Origin: an uncultured Mycoplasmatota bacterium
GTDB taxonomy: Bacteria; Bacillota_I; Bacilli_A; RF39; UBA660
Direction of reading: 5' to 3'
Length of the DNA stretch: 64,000 nucleotides
NCBI GenBank assembly: GCA_900549285.1
Contig: URNW01000004.1
Coordinates: 18,969-82,968, forward strand
Shown: positions 38,927 to 47,609 of the stretch, piece by piece
How positions within the stretch are numbered: position 1 is the first letter of the stretch
How the letters are laid out: every line of letters starts with the position of its first letter
Notes under the pieces: generated by a model
Seen by the model: only the letters and a program-made list of their open reading frames with translations
What the model was told of the DNA's origin: nothing
Databases searched by the model: none
Position numbers and translations under genes: made by a program

Positions 38927-38936
38927 CCCCCCCCCC
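38927..38936 (-). repeat. poly-G(10) homopolymer between the signal peptide and the mature protein
   Basis: Plus-strand C10, the longest G/C run in the window. Confidence 0.95.
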
Positions 38937-39011
38937 AACTACTATTAATAGTGCTGTTGAGAGGATTATAATCTTCTTTTTCATTTTATTTTCTCCTCTA
39001 TTCTATTATTA

Positions 39012-39040
39012 TTTATATCATATTATTGAAGATTTTTCAA
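39012..39040 (-). promoter_or_regulatory. candidate sigma-A promoter of the GLUG-repeat gene
   Basis: Minus strand reads TTGAAA-N17-TATAAA, 27 nt upstream of ATG 38984, followed by SD AGGAGA. Confidence 0.5.
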
Positions 39041-39091
39041 TATTGCTTTTTATTTTTATATGTAATTAAAATAAGCTCCCTTTACGAAAGC

Positions 39092-39817
39092 TTATTTTAT
39101 AATAGATTCTAAACCTAATTTAATCATATCATTTAATTTTGTTTGTCTTTCTTCTGGACTTAATACAACGTCTGAATATTTAGAATCTGATACTGTCATA
39201 AGGGTAGTTGCTTCTACATTCATAGTATTGGCAACATGACATACACCAAATCCTTCCATTTCTTCTCCAAGAATTTCATATTCGCTTGGAATACGCTCTA
39301 GAACTCTATCATAATCAATATATGGGCCAAAAACATCCATGGTTGTAGTCATACCATAATGTAAATTAATATTTAATTCTCTAGCAGTACTTAAAATAAC
39401 TTTATTTAGATTTTCATTTGCCTCTACTACATTTCCTACATAATTATTATATGTATAAGCAAAATTAGATTCTGAATAAATTTCTTTTGTAAGAATAACA
39501 TCACCAACATCTGCTTTAGGACTTACGGCTCCGCATGTTCCAATTCTAATGATTCTTTTTACATGAAAGAAATGAATTAATTCAAATACATAAATACTAG
39601 CACTAGGCATGCCCATTCCATGAGCCATTACAGTAATTTTTTTCCCTTTATATGTTCCTGTATATCCTGACATATTTCTTATGTTTGTAACTAGTTTCGC
39701 ATTTTCTAGAAAATTATCTGCTATATATTTAGCCCTTAATGGGTCTCCTGGCATTAATACTAATTCTCCAATATCTGCTTTTGCTTCAATATGAATTGGT
39801 TCTTCTCCAATAAACAT
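39092..39817 (-). CDS. deoD: purine nucleoside phosphorylase, DeoD type
   Basis: 241 aa. LMPGDPLRAKYIA, GHGMGMPS and EMEGFG. Confidence 0.9.
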   Translation of the reverse strand: MFIGEEPIHIEAKADIGELVLMPGDPLRAKYIADNFLENAKLVTNIRNMSGYTGTYKGKKITVMAHGMGMPSASIYVFELIHFFHVKRIIRIGTCGAVSPKADVGDVILTKEIYSESNFAYTYNNYVGNVVEANENLNKVILSTARELNINLHYGMTTTMDVFGPYIDYDRVLERIPSEYEILGEEMEGFGVCHVANTMNVEATTLMTVSDSKYSDVVLSPEERQTKLNDMIKLGLESIIK

Positions 39818-39871
39818 AACATCACCTATTATAATATTATCATATCTTGAGAAAAAAATTAATTCCTAAAA

Positions 39872-40390
39872 TTATTTCTTTACACTTCTTTGTAATAACA
39901 ATTTATCTTCTCTTAAACTATCTCTATATAGAGAACTATTTAGTTCTTCTAAATGTTTTTCGAAACATTCTCCTTCATTATTTTTCATTAAATTGTATAG
40001 ATTAGCTTTAATAGATCCGCTTATTTGAAGTTTTGATAATATTTTCCATAAAAACTCTGGATCTTCTTCATAGATTGTTAATAAATCTATTTCATATAAA
40101 TAACTTAAATAAACTAAATATGTGGATAATCGTAAATTATTTTTTTCATAGGGTATAATTAAATCTTCTACTGGTACTATTAAATGAGCATTACGAGTTA
40201 AATATAAATCATTTAATCCTAGACTTTTTAGGGTTAGACTTTTATTTTCTAATTCTTTTATGTCTTGTTCTAATAATAAAATATGTAATAATTTTACTTT
40301 TGTTTTTAGAAGTCTTTTTTCTTCTATAAATTGTTTTAAAGTTATTCCTTCTAACTTTTCTTTACTTGTTATTACATTTTTTTCATTCAT
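39872..40390 (-). CDS. hypothetical protein
   Basis: 172-aa helical ORF with no recognisable motif. Confidence 0.4.
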   Translation of the reverse strand: MNEKNVITSKEKLEGITLKQFIEEKRLLKTKVKLLHILLLEQDIKELENKSLTLKSLGLNDLYLTRNAHLIVPVEDLIIPYEKNNLRLSTYLVYLSYLYEIDLLTIYEEDPEFLWKILSKLQISGSIKANLYNLMKNNEGECFEKHLEELNSSLYRDSLREDKLLLQRSVKK

Positions 40391-40436
40391 TAAAAAAACC
40401 TCTCTTTCTTATAAGAGAAGTTTATGTATTATTTTT

Positions 40437-41669
40437 TTATTTATGCATTAAATCATTTTCTATTTTCATTAAACGATTATATTTAGCTATTCTTTCCCCT
40501 CTTGACATAGATCCTGTTTTAATAAAAGGAATGGATAGCCCAACAGCAAAATCAGCAATAAAGGTGTCTTCTGTTTCTCCACTTCTATGAGATATGATCA
40601 TTTTATAATTGTTCTTACGAGCTAAAATAATAGTTTTAATCATTTCTGTTACTGTTCCAATTTGATTGGCTTTTAAAAGAATGGCATTTCCTGCTTTTAA
40701 ATTAATTCCTTTTTCTAAATATTTAGCATTAGTAACAAAATAATCGTCTCCTACTAGCATAATTTTTTCACCAATAAATTTAGTTAATACTGCTAAGGAT
40801 TCAAAATCATTTTCTTCAAATGGATCTTCAATACTAATAATAGGATATTTATTAACAAGAGTAATATAATACTTAATTAATTCATCACTTGTTAGATCCT
40901 GTTTATCTATTCTATAAGTTTTTGTTTCTTTATTATATAATTCACTAGCTGCTATATCTAAAGCAATAAATACCTCTATTCCTGGTTTATAGCCGCTTTT
41001 TTCTATTGCTTCCATAATTAAATCTAAAGCTAAATTATTATATTCTAAGTTGGGAGCAAATCCACCTTCATCCCCAACACTGGTAGCTAGTCCTTGTTCT
41101 TTTAAAATATCTTTTAAAGTATGAAAGATCTCACTTGCTACTCTTACACGATTAGACATTCCCTTTATAGTTGGAACAATCATAAATTCTTGAATATCTA
41201 AATTATTGTCAGCATGAACACCACCGTTAATTACATTTACCATTGGTAGTGGCATACTTACTCTTCCTCCACTCAAATAAGCATATAATTCTTTATTCTC
41301 ACTTTTAGCAGAAGCTTTAATGCTTGCTAGCGATACAGCAAGAGTAGCATTGGCACCTAAATTACTTTTATTTTCTGTTCCATCTAAATTGATCAACAAT
41401 TTATCAATCATAACTTGTTCTAATTCTTTTCCGATTAAATTATCTTTAATAATTGTATTAATATTATTAACTGCTTTTAGTACACCTTTTTTATGATATC
41501 TTTTATCATTGTCTCTTAATTCTAAAGCTTCTTTTGAACCAGTTGATGCTCCACTTGGTACAGAAGCCGTAGCAGTTATTCCATTATCTAAATAAATTGT
41601 AGCTTCTACAGTAGGATTTCCTCTACTATCTAAAATTTCTCTTCCTACTAAGTCAATAATTTTTGGCAT
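40437..41669 (-). CDS. eno: enolase
   Basis: GREILDSRGNPTVE, SHRSGETED. I prefer ATG 41669 (SD AGGTGA) over the track GTG at 41678, which lies inside the SD. Confidence 0.95.
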   Translation of the reverse strand: MPKIIDLVGREILDSRGNPTVEATIYLDNGITATASVPSGASTGSKEALELRDNDKRYHKKGVLKAVNNINTIIKDNLIGKELEQVMIDKLLINLDGTENKSNLGANATLAVSLASIKASAKSENKELYAYLSGGRVSMPLPMVNVINGGVHADNNLDIQEFMIVPTIKGMSNRVRVASEIFHTLKDILKEQGLATSVGDEGGFAPNLEYNNLALDLIMEAIEKSGYKPGIEVFIALDIAASELYNKETKTYRIDKQDLTSDELIKYYITLVNKYPIISIEDPFEENDFESLAVLTKFIGEKIMLVGDDYFVTNAKYLEKGINLKAGNAILLKANQIGTVTEMIKTIILARKNNYKMIISHRSGETEDTFIADFAVGLSIPFIKTGSMSRGERIAKYNRLMKIENDLMHK

Positions 41670-41783
41670 TTTTATCACCTACTTCCTTATAAGTATACCA
41701 AATTTAAGCCTTTCTTATCAATCTTTTTACATATTCTATTATTATTTTTTGACTAAACTTTACTATTTTGTTACAATGTATTT

Positions 41784-42797
41784 ATGGTGAATAGAATGAA
41801 TGATATCAATTATATAAAAATTAGTATTCCAAATTTACTTCATAATATTAAGACTTTTAAAAATGATTATTCTTATTGTATTATGGATGTTAGTAATAAT
41901 GCTTTTTTCCATGGTATGTATTTAATTAAATATTTAACTCATGAAATTGATTATTTATATGTTTCTCATTTCTATGATTTGCAACTTATTCGTAAATATA
42001 ATCAATCTATACCAGTTATTTATGGTGGAGATATTACTTTAGATAATATTTTTGATTTAATTATCCATAATGCTATTGTTGTTATTAGAGACTTGCAATT
42101 ATTAAAACAAATTAAAGAGTTAAATATCAAAGATTCTTTATCTTTTCTTTTTGAGATTGATCCTAGTGGTATATATGGGATTGATAATAAAGAATGTATT
42201 TTAGATTATTTAGAGTGGAATCATCCATCTTTTAATCTATTAGGTATTATTGCTCGAATTAAAGAAGAAGATGAAAAATTTCTATCCATTATAAAGCCTC
42301 TTTCTAATTTGAAACTAGTTATTTTAAATCATGAGGGAAATAAAAAGAGATTTAATCATTCCAATGCTATTAGGCTTGATCAATCTATTTATGGTATTAA
42401 TATGTATCCAAAAAGGATATTAAAAAGAAATATTCCTGTTTATCAACAAGCTTTTACCTTATGTTCTAAAGTTTCAACCATAAAAAAAATAAGTCATCAT
42501 AAAAAAATAAAATTTATTGCGATTATTCCATTTGGATATGATCACGGAATGAGTAATCATATTAAATATATTTATATAGAAAATGCTTTGTATCCTGTTT
42601 TTCATATTACAAATGAATTTACAGAAATTTTGGTAGATGAATCTATCGAAAAAGATATGAATGTTGAAATTACTTCTTCTAATAATCCTTTAGAAAATTA
42701 TTTTCCATCACAAACTTTAAATTATTTTGCTTTATTTCATTTAAATATTCCCATAGTTTTTGATGATTATATTTTAGAAAAAACGTTAATTTATTAA
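41784..42797 (+). CDS. alanine-racemase-fold protein lacking the catalytic lysine (probable pseudoenzyme or new activity)
   Basis: 337 aa. CIMDVSNNAFFHG aligns to the Alr motif avVKANAYGHG with K replaced by S. IIPFGYDHG corresponds to iPiGYADG. The SYG tyrosine region is not recognisable. Confidence 0.45.
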   Translation: MVNRMNDINYIKISIPNLLHNIKTFKNDYSYCIMDVSNNAFFHGMYLIKYLTHEIDYLYVSHFYDLQLIRKYNQSIPVIYGGDITLDNIFDLIIHNAIVVIRDLQLLKQIKELNIKDSLSFLFEIDPSGIYGIDNKECILDYLEWNHPSFNLLGIIARIKEEDEKFLSIIKPLSNLKLVILNHEGNKKRFNHSNAIRLDQSIYGINMYPKRILKRNIPVYQQAFTLCSKVSTIKKISHHKKIKFIAIIPFGYDHGMSNHIKYIYIENALYPVFHITNEFTEILVDESIEKDMNVEITSSNNPLENYFPSQTLNYFALFHLNIPIVFDDYILEKTLIY

Positions 42798-42814
42798 AAA
42801 AGATGTCAAAAGTT

Positions 42815-42843
42815 ATTGACATCTTTCTTTATTAATGATATAT
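42815..42843 (+). promoter_or_regulatory. tRNA operon promoter
   Basis: TTGACA-N17-TATTAT with TGn upstream of the -10 box, 21 nt before tRNA-Val. The -35 box lies within the hairpin GATGTCAA...TTGACATC that follows the previous gene. Confidence 0.6.
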
Positions 42844-42864
42844 TAAATTACGTCAATGGCGAAT

Positions 42865-42941
42865 GGGCGCTTAGCTCAGTTGGTTAGAGCACCTGCCTTA
42901 CAAGCAGGGGGTCATAGGTTCGAGTCCTATAGCGCCCACCA
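42865..42941 (+). tRNA. tRNA-Val (anticodon TAC), CCA encoded
   Basis: Cloverleaf readable by eye. Acceptor GGGCGCT/AGCGCCC, anticodon loop CTTACAA, T-loop GGTTCGAGTCC. Confidence 0.9.
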
Positions 42942-42953
42942 TTTTATTTTTTT

Positions 42954-43029
42954 GCCGACATAGCGTAACTGGCAGCGCAACTGACTTGTAATCAGTAGGT
43001 TGGGGGTTCGACTCCCTCTGTCGGCACCA
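42954..43029 (+). tRNA. tRNA-Thr (anticodon TGT), CCA encoded
   Basis: Acceptor GCCGACA/TGTCGGC. The anticodon arm ACTGA-CTTGTAA-TCAGT matches Bacillus tRNA-Thr(UGU). Confidence 0.9.
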
Positions 43030-43038
43030 TTAAATTAT

Positions 43039-43122
43039 GGGGAGATAGCGAAGTGGTCAAACGCGGCAGACTGTAAATCTGTTCCTTCGGGTTCCATGGT
43101 TCAAATCCATGTCTCCCCACCA
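43039..43122 (+). tRNA. tRNA-Tyr (anticodon GTA), long variable arm, CCA encoded
   Basis: Acceptor GGGGAGA/TCTCCCC, anticodon loop CTGTAAA, variable arm TCCTTCGGG. Confidence 0.9.
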
Positions 43123-43131
43123 CTTAATTAT

Positions 43132-43207
43132 TGCCTCGTAGCCAAGTGGTAAGGCATCAGACTTTGACTCTGACATTCCGCTGGTTCGAACCCAGCCGAG
43201 GCAGCCA
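43132..43207 (+). tRNA. tRNA-Gln (anticodon TTG), CCA encoded
   Basis: Acceptor TGCCTCG/CGAGGCA, anticodon loop CTTTGAC. Confidence 0.9.
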
Positions 43208-43212
43208 TACTT

Positions 43213-43288
43213 GGTTCGCTAGCTCAGTAGGTAGAGCATTTGACTTTTAATCAAAGGGTCCCGGGTTCGAATCCCGGGCGAGCCACCA
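43213..43288 (+). tRNA. tRNA-Lys (anticodon TTT), CCA encoded
   Basis: Acceptor GGTTCGC/GCGAGCC, anticodon loop CTTTTAA. Confidence 0.9.
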
Positions 43289-43302
43289 TTTTAGTTTATA
43301 AA

Positions 43303-43324
43303 AGTCCTATTTTTAGGGCTTTTT
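43303..43324 (+). terminator. tRNA operon terminator
   Basis: AGTCCTA-TTTT-TAGGGCT followed by TTTT. Confidence 0.6.
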
Positions 43325-43350
43325 ATTATTTTATAATTATTGGCAAATAA

Positions 43351-43381
43351 AAAGTATGCTAGCATAAGCTAGCATATTTTT
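43351..43381. terminator. bidirectional hairpin terminator
   Basis: ATGCTAGC-ATAA-GCTAGCAT flanked by an A run and a T run. It serves the convergent gene 43395-44624. Confidence 0.65.
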
Positions 43382-43394
43382 TATAAAATGTATT

Positions 43395-44624
43395 TTAAAT
43401 TTTACTTTGGTATATACTTTTAATGGCATTTACTACAGCAATTTTACCATAATTATACGTTACTCCTCCTTGTTGATAAGCGATAAATGGCACTCTCAGA
43501 GGTCCATCACAAGATAATTCTATACTAGATCCTTGAGTAAATGAACCACTTGCCATAATAATTTCATCCTCATATCCTGGCATTGGGGATGGTATTGGTA
43601 AAACTTTAGAGTCTATTGGAGAATACTTTTGAATTTCTTGAACGTATTTTATTAGTAAATCTCTATCTTTAAAAGTGATTGCTTCTACTATATCGGCTCT
43701 ATTTTCATTATATCTTGGTGATACTTCAAAGCCTAATTTTTCTAGTAGATAAGAAGTTAAAACACTGGTTTTAAGACTAGATGCTACTACACTAGGGGCA
43801 AAATATAATCCCTGTAAAATACTTTTATTTGCTCCTAGACTTGGTCCTACATCAATTCCCTCTCCTGGTAAATTCAATCTTTCAGCACATAAATTAATTA
43901 GTTTCTCATCTCCACAAATATAGGCACCATTAGATGCTAATGATCCTCCTAAATTCTTAATTAAAGACCCTACTATAATATTTGCTCCTACTTCTAGAGG
44001 AGATGTTTTTTCTACCATCTCACAATAACAGTTATCAATCATAATGATTACATTTGAATCAATTTTTCGTATCTCTTTTATCACTTCTTCAATCTCTTTT
44101 ATTAAAATACTTTTTCGTGTGGAATATCCCCTGCTTCTTTGTATTTCAATTACTTTTATTTTTTTCTCTTTTATCTTTTTTATAATACTGGGAATATCAA
44201 AATGATTGTCTATTAAATCTATTTGTTCATAGTTAATTTTAAAACTTTTTAGTGAACTAGGATTTTCTTTAATCCCAATTACTTCATGTAAGGTATCATA
44301 TGGTAACCCTGTAATAGAAAGCATGGTATCACCAGGACGTAGTAAAGCAAAAAGGGTTGTTGATAAAGCATGAGAACCACTAATAAACTGATTCCTTACT
44401 AAAGCTTTTTCTCCTTTTAGAACATGGGCGAAAACTCGTTCAATAGCATCTCTTCCAATATCATTATAACCATATCCTGTTGTCATATTAAAATGAGCTT
44501 CATTTATATTTTCTTTGTGAAAAGCTTCTAAAACTAACTTGCTAAAATAAGTTTCCGTTTCATCTATTTCATTATAAATCTCTTTACAATCTTTTTCTGC
44601 CTCTTTTAGTAATTCTTCTATCAT
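43395..44624 (-). CDS. methionine gamma-lyase family protein (YnbB / aluminium-resistance family)
   Basis: 409 aa. TGYGYNDIGRDAIERVFAHV...FISGSHALS. Confidence 0.7.
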   Translation of the reverse strand: MIEELLKEAEKDCKEIYNEIDETETYFSKLVLEAFHKENINEAHFNMTTGYGYNDIGRDAIERVFAHVLKGEKALVRNQFISGSHALSTTLFALLRPGDTMLSITGLPYDTLHEVIGIKENPSSLKSFKINYEQIDLIDNHFDIPSIIKKIKEKKIKVIEIQRSRGYSTRKSILIKEIEEVIKEIRKIDSNVIIMIDNCYCEMVEKTSPLEVGANIIVGSLIKNLGGSLASNGAYICGDEKLINLCAERLNLPGEGIDVGPSLGANKSILQGLYFAPSVVASSLKTSVLTSYLLEKLGFEVSPRYNENRADIVEAITFKDRDLLIKYVQEIQKYSPIDSKVLPIPSPMPGYEDEIIMASGSFTQGSSIELSCDGPLRVPFIAYQQGGVTYNYGKIAVVNAIKSIYQSKI

Positions 44625-44658
44625 ATTTTTAACCTCCTTTAAATATTTTTATAAAGAA

Positions 44659-45372
44659 CTAATTTCTATTTCCTCCATCCACTCTAATCACAGAACTATT
44701 AATATAACTGGCATCATCACTGGCAAGAAAAAAAACAACCTTAGCTATTTCCTCAGGATTCGCAAAACGATTTAATAATATTTTTTTGGTTTCTTCTAAG
44801 CGATATTCTTCATCTAATTCTTTATTCATTTCAGTATTTATCCATCCTGGAGCTACTGTATTTACTCTTATATTAGGAGCATATTCTATTGCTAAATTTT
44901 TTGTTAATGATATTACTCCTGCTTTTGATGCATCATAATCTAAACCATAAGGATAATATGTATCTATCCCATTCGTTGAAGAAATATTAATGATACTTCC
45001 TTTTTTCATAATTTTATGACCATATTTGCAAACTAAAAAAGTTCCTATTAAATTTACATCTAAAATCTTTTGAAATGTTTCTTTATTCTTAGCATCTACT
45101 TCACTATCTAAAGATATTCCTGCATTATTAATTATAATATCAATATGTCCCTGTTCCTTTTTTATTTTTTCAATCATTTCTTCTACTTCAATTTCATTTG
45201 ATACATCACATTTTATTGGAATGGCATTTGAATATTTTGCACATAAACTTTCAGCTTCTTTTTTACTACTATAAAAATTTACATATACAATATCTTTATT
45301 CTCTAAAAAAAGGGTTGCTATAGAAGCTCCTAGTCCTCTTGATGATCCTGTTACTAAAACAACTCTATTCAT
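44659..45372 (-). CDS. SDR family oxidoreductase (FabG-like)
   Basis: VLVTGSSRGLG, NNAG and Y...K (YDASKAG). I prefer ATG 45372 (SD AGGTGA) over the track start 45393. Confidence 0.85.
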   Translation of the reverse strand: MNRVVLVTGSSRGLGASIATLFLENKDIVYVNFYSSKKEAESLCAKYSNAIPIKCDVSNEIEVEEMIEKIKKEQGHIDIIINNAGISLDSEVDAKNKETFQKILDVNLIGTFLVCKYGHKIMKKGSIINISSTNGIDTYYPYGLDYDASKAGVISLTKNLAIEYAPNIRVNTVAPGWINTEMNKELDEEYRLEETKKILLNRFANPEEIAKVVFFLASDDASYINSSVIRVDGGNRN

Positions 45373-45376
45373 ATTA

Positions 45377-46615
45377 TCACCTGCTAAGTTCATTATTATA
45401 TACTAAAGTATTGATGATTTCTACTGTTTTCTTTTCGCTTCCTAAATAATATTCTAAATTAATTGATCCCCTTTCCCCTAAATCTAAATAACTAAAAACA
45501 TTTTCTAAATACATGGAATCTCCATGATTTTTATTTTGTTCTTCATAATATCGATTAATTAAATCTCTAGCTTTTATAGCATTTTCATCTGTAAAGTAAT
45601 CTTCTTTATTTAAACCATAATAATCACAAGCAATACCTAAAGCAAACTCTCCTTGATTATAAGAAAACAGACCTAATATTAGACTATCAAATTTATCTAT
45701 ACATGTTCTTAAATAGGCTAAACCAACTTTTATATTACCATCTGGTGTATCTAATAGTTCCTTTGTAATTTCAAATGTTTCATATTCTCCAGTAAATCCT
45801 TCATTATTGTAAATTGGAACCGTCATGGTTTGACCAACAAATAAACTATAAGTGATCTGACATACATTTTCACATACGCCATTTTTTATATTGGGTCTTT
45901 CTTGGGTAATTTGGGCACATGCCAAATCATAAGGGATTCCATATCTAGTACAATATTTAAGAATTGAATCTTTAAAATACATTTCTGTTTCTTCTAACTT
46001 AGTGGTGTTAGTATCTATACGATTACTTTCAGTGCGATCTTTAAAAGCTAGTTTTACGGCGAAGTCTGCTTGATTTTCTATAGTTGGTTCTAATGAAAAT
46101 TCTTTTAAGTTAGCTTTTGGTACTTCTTTTAAGTTCATCTCATAATTTATGTTGGGTAATGTTGCTATTTTATCTGATTTTGATAACTCTTTATTCATCA
46201 TGCCCGCTAACAGAGAAATACTGAGTGAAACACTTAATGTTCCTGCAATAATTGCTTTTGGCATTCTTTTACTTTTGATTCTATTTACATGTTTGGACTT
46301 TTTTATTTCTGTTATGTTTTTTGGTTCTATAAAACGTTTAATTCTATTTAATAACTTAAAAAAGTAGTGATCATAAGAATCTTGTTGCATTAAAAATATT
46401 TTAGTATTATCAATTACTAAAGAAAAATTATTTTCAAAAGCAATTTCCATTACTTTGTCATTATCTATAATATTTTTTATCTTATTTTCAGTTATTTTAG
46501 ATAGAAGTGTTATAATTTCTTTTTCGTTTAGGCTTATGTAATTGATGCGATCATTTTCATATTTATAAGCATAATATCTCCGTCCATTATTATAATCAAT
46601 ATAGAATTTATTCAT
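45377..46615 (-). CDS. membrane-anchored protein with possible lytic-transglycosylase-like C-terminal domain
   Basis: One TM (AIIAGTLSVSLSISLLAGMM). The C-terminal half has CAQITQERP...CQIT...LFSYNQGEF, which is loosely SLT-like. I prefer ATG 46615. Confidence 0.3.
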   Translation of the reverse strand: MNKFYIDYNNGRRYYAYKYENDRINYISLNEKEIITLLSKITENKIKNIIDNDKVMEIAFENNFSLVIDNTKIFLMQQDSYDHYFFKLLNRIKRFIEPKNITEIKKSKHVNRIKSKRMPKAIIAGTLSVSLSISLLAGMMNKELSKSDKIATLPNINYEMNLKEVPKANLKEFSLEPTIENQADFAVKLAFKDRTESNRIDTNTTKLEETEMYFKDSILKYCTRYGIPYDLACAQITQERPNIKNGVCENVCQITYSLFVGQTMTVPIYNNEGFTGEYETFEITKELLDTPDGNIKVGLAYLRTCIDKFDSLILGLFSYNQGEFALGIACDYYGLNKEDYFTDENAIKARDLINRYYEEQNKNHGDSMYLENVFSYLDLGERGSINLEYYLGSEKKTVEIINTLVYNNELSR

Positions 46616-46856
46616 TTTTTTCACCCATTTTTTCTTCAATTACCTTATCAATCATATCATACTCAGCACTAGATAAATCATTATTAATAATATATTTATC
46701 ATCTACTATTTCATAGGAAGATGCAAGTAAATCATCATCTACTAAATACACAATATAATTTTTGCTAAAATAATAATCAAAATGAGTAAACAAAAAGGTT
46801 GCTTTTATTTTATTTCCTTCTATATCTTCTAAAATCATTTTATTCATAGTTATCAC
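46608..46856 (-). CDS. DUF1292-like small acidic protein
   Basis: 82 aa. LEDIEGNKIKATFLFTHFD...YIVYLVDDD...AEYDMIDKVIEE. Confidence 0.5.
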   Translation of the reverse strand: MITMNKMILEDIEGNKIKATFLFTHFDYYFSKNYIVYLVDDDLLASSYEIVDDKYIINNDLSSAEYDMIDKVIEEKMGEKNE

Positions 46857-46944
46857 TCTATTCTATTATAATTATAAAGGTTTTTCTTCATTTATGCTAG
46901 TAAAGATATAAAAAAACGTATATAAAAAGTCAACTTTTTGTTGA

Positions 46945-47205
46945 CTATTTTTTGGTTACAATTAGTTTCATAGCAGTTTTATCTTCACCATTAATTACTA
47001 CATCATTAAAGGCGGGAATTACTACTAAATTATCCCCACTAGGTGCTACAAATCCTCTTGCAATGGCAATTCCTTTAATTGCTTGATTTAAAGATCCAGC
47101 CCCAATTGTTTGAATTTCTACATTTCCTTTTTCTCGAAATATATTCGCAATCGCTCCTGCTACTTTACTAGGGTTAGATTTACTAGATACTTTTAATATT
47201 TCCAT
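46945..47205 (-). CDS. spoVS: stage V sporulation protein S family
   Basis: 86 aa. MEILKVSSKSNPSKVAGAIA...IQTIGAGSLNQAIKGIAIARGF. Confidence 0.9.
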   Translation of the reverse strand: MEILKVSSKSNPSKVAGAIANIFREKGNVEIQTIGAGSLNQAIKGIAIARGFVAPSGDNLVVIPAFNDVVINGEDKTAMKLIVTKK

Positions 47206-47252
47206 ATATTTTTCCTCAACTTTCTAATTAAGTATATGAAAATATTATGATA

Positions 47253-47609
47253 TTATTCTTCTAAATTAATATCTTCATAAGAACCTAAATCATACACAAT
47301 ATAACCTAACTTTAAAAGTTTTTCTGCTGCTATTTTGCTACGTCTACCACTTTTGCAATAAACAAATAGAATTGTGTCTTTATCAAAAGTAGTAAGCTCA
47401 TTTATTTCATCATAAGGAAGATTAAAAGCGTCAGGTATATGTCCTTCTTTGTATTCTTCTCTTGTTCTTACATCTAATATTTGATATTTAGAATTTTCTT
47501 TCATAATTTCTAAAGCTTCTTCACTATCAATTTTTTCATATGTTGCTTTGGGTGCACTAGAACAGCCGAGCAAAAGAAAACACGCTACTAAGATTATTAT
47601 TCGTTTCAT
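47253..47609 (-). CDS. rhodanese-domain lipoprotein
   Basis: 118 aa. Lipobox LLLGCSS, DVRTREEYKEGHIP, active-site CKSGRRS. Confidence 0.85.
   Translation of the reverse strand: MKRIIILVACFLLLGCSSAPKATYEKIDSEEALEIMKENSKYQILDVRTREEYKEGHIPDAFNLPYDEINELTTFDKDTILFVYCKSGRRSKIAAEKLLKLGYIVYDLGSYEDINLEE

Larger units (their letters stand above)
37069..38984 (-). pseudogene. GLUG-repeat surface protein gene, split into three frames by two poly-G tracts (candidate phase-variable, currently OFF)
   Basis: ATG 38984 encodes a signal/anchor peptide, followed by G10. The 313-codon ORF 37997-38938 comes next, then G7, then the 283-codon ORF 37069-37920. Removing one G at each tract gives one ~637-aa frame. 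It contains an ENPYKIKTIEDLVALSNAVNNG lead-in, then many GG(I/L)(I/V)G GLUG-type repeats and a YQLLNWKLGENGYPVLK tail. Confidence 0.7.

Noticed and set aside
43213-43394. An integrative element inserted at tRNA-Lys, the last gene of the tRNA operon.
   Set aside because: No integrase, no repeat of the tRNA 3' end, and the next gene is an ordinary convergent metabolic gene with a shared terminator.
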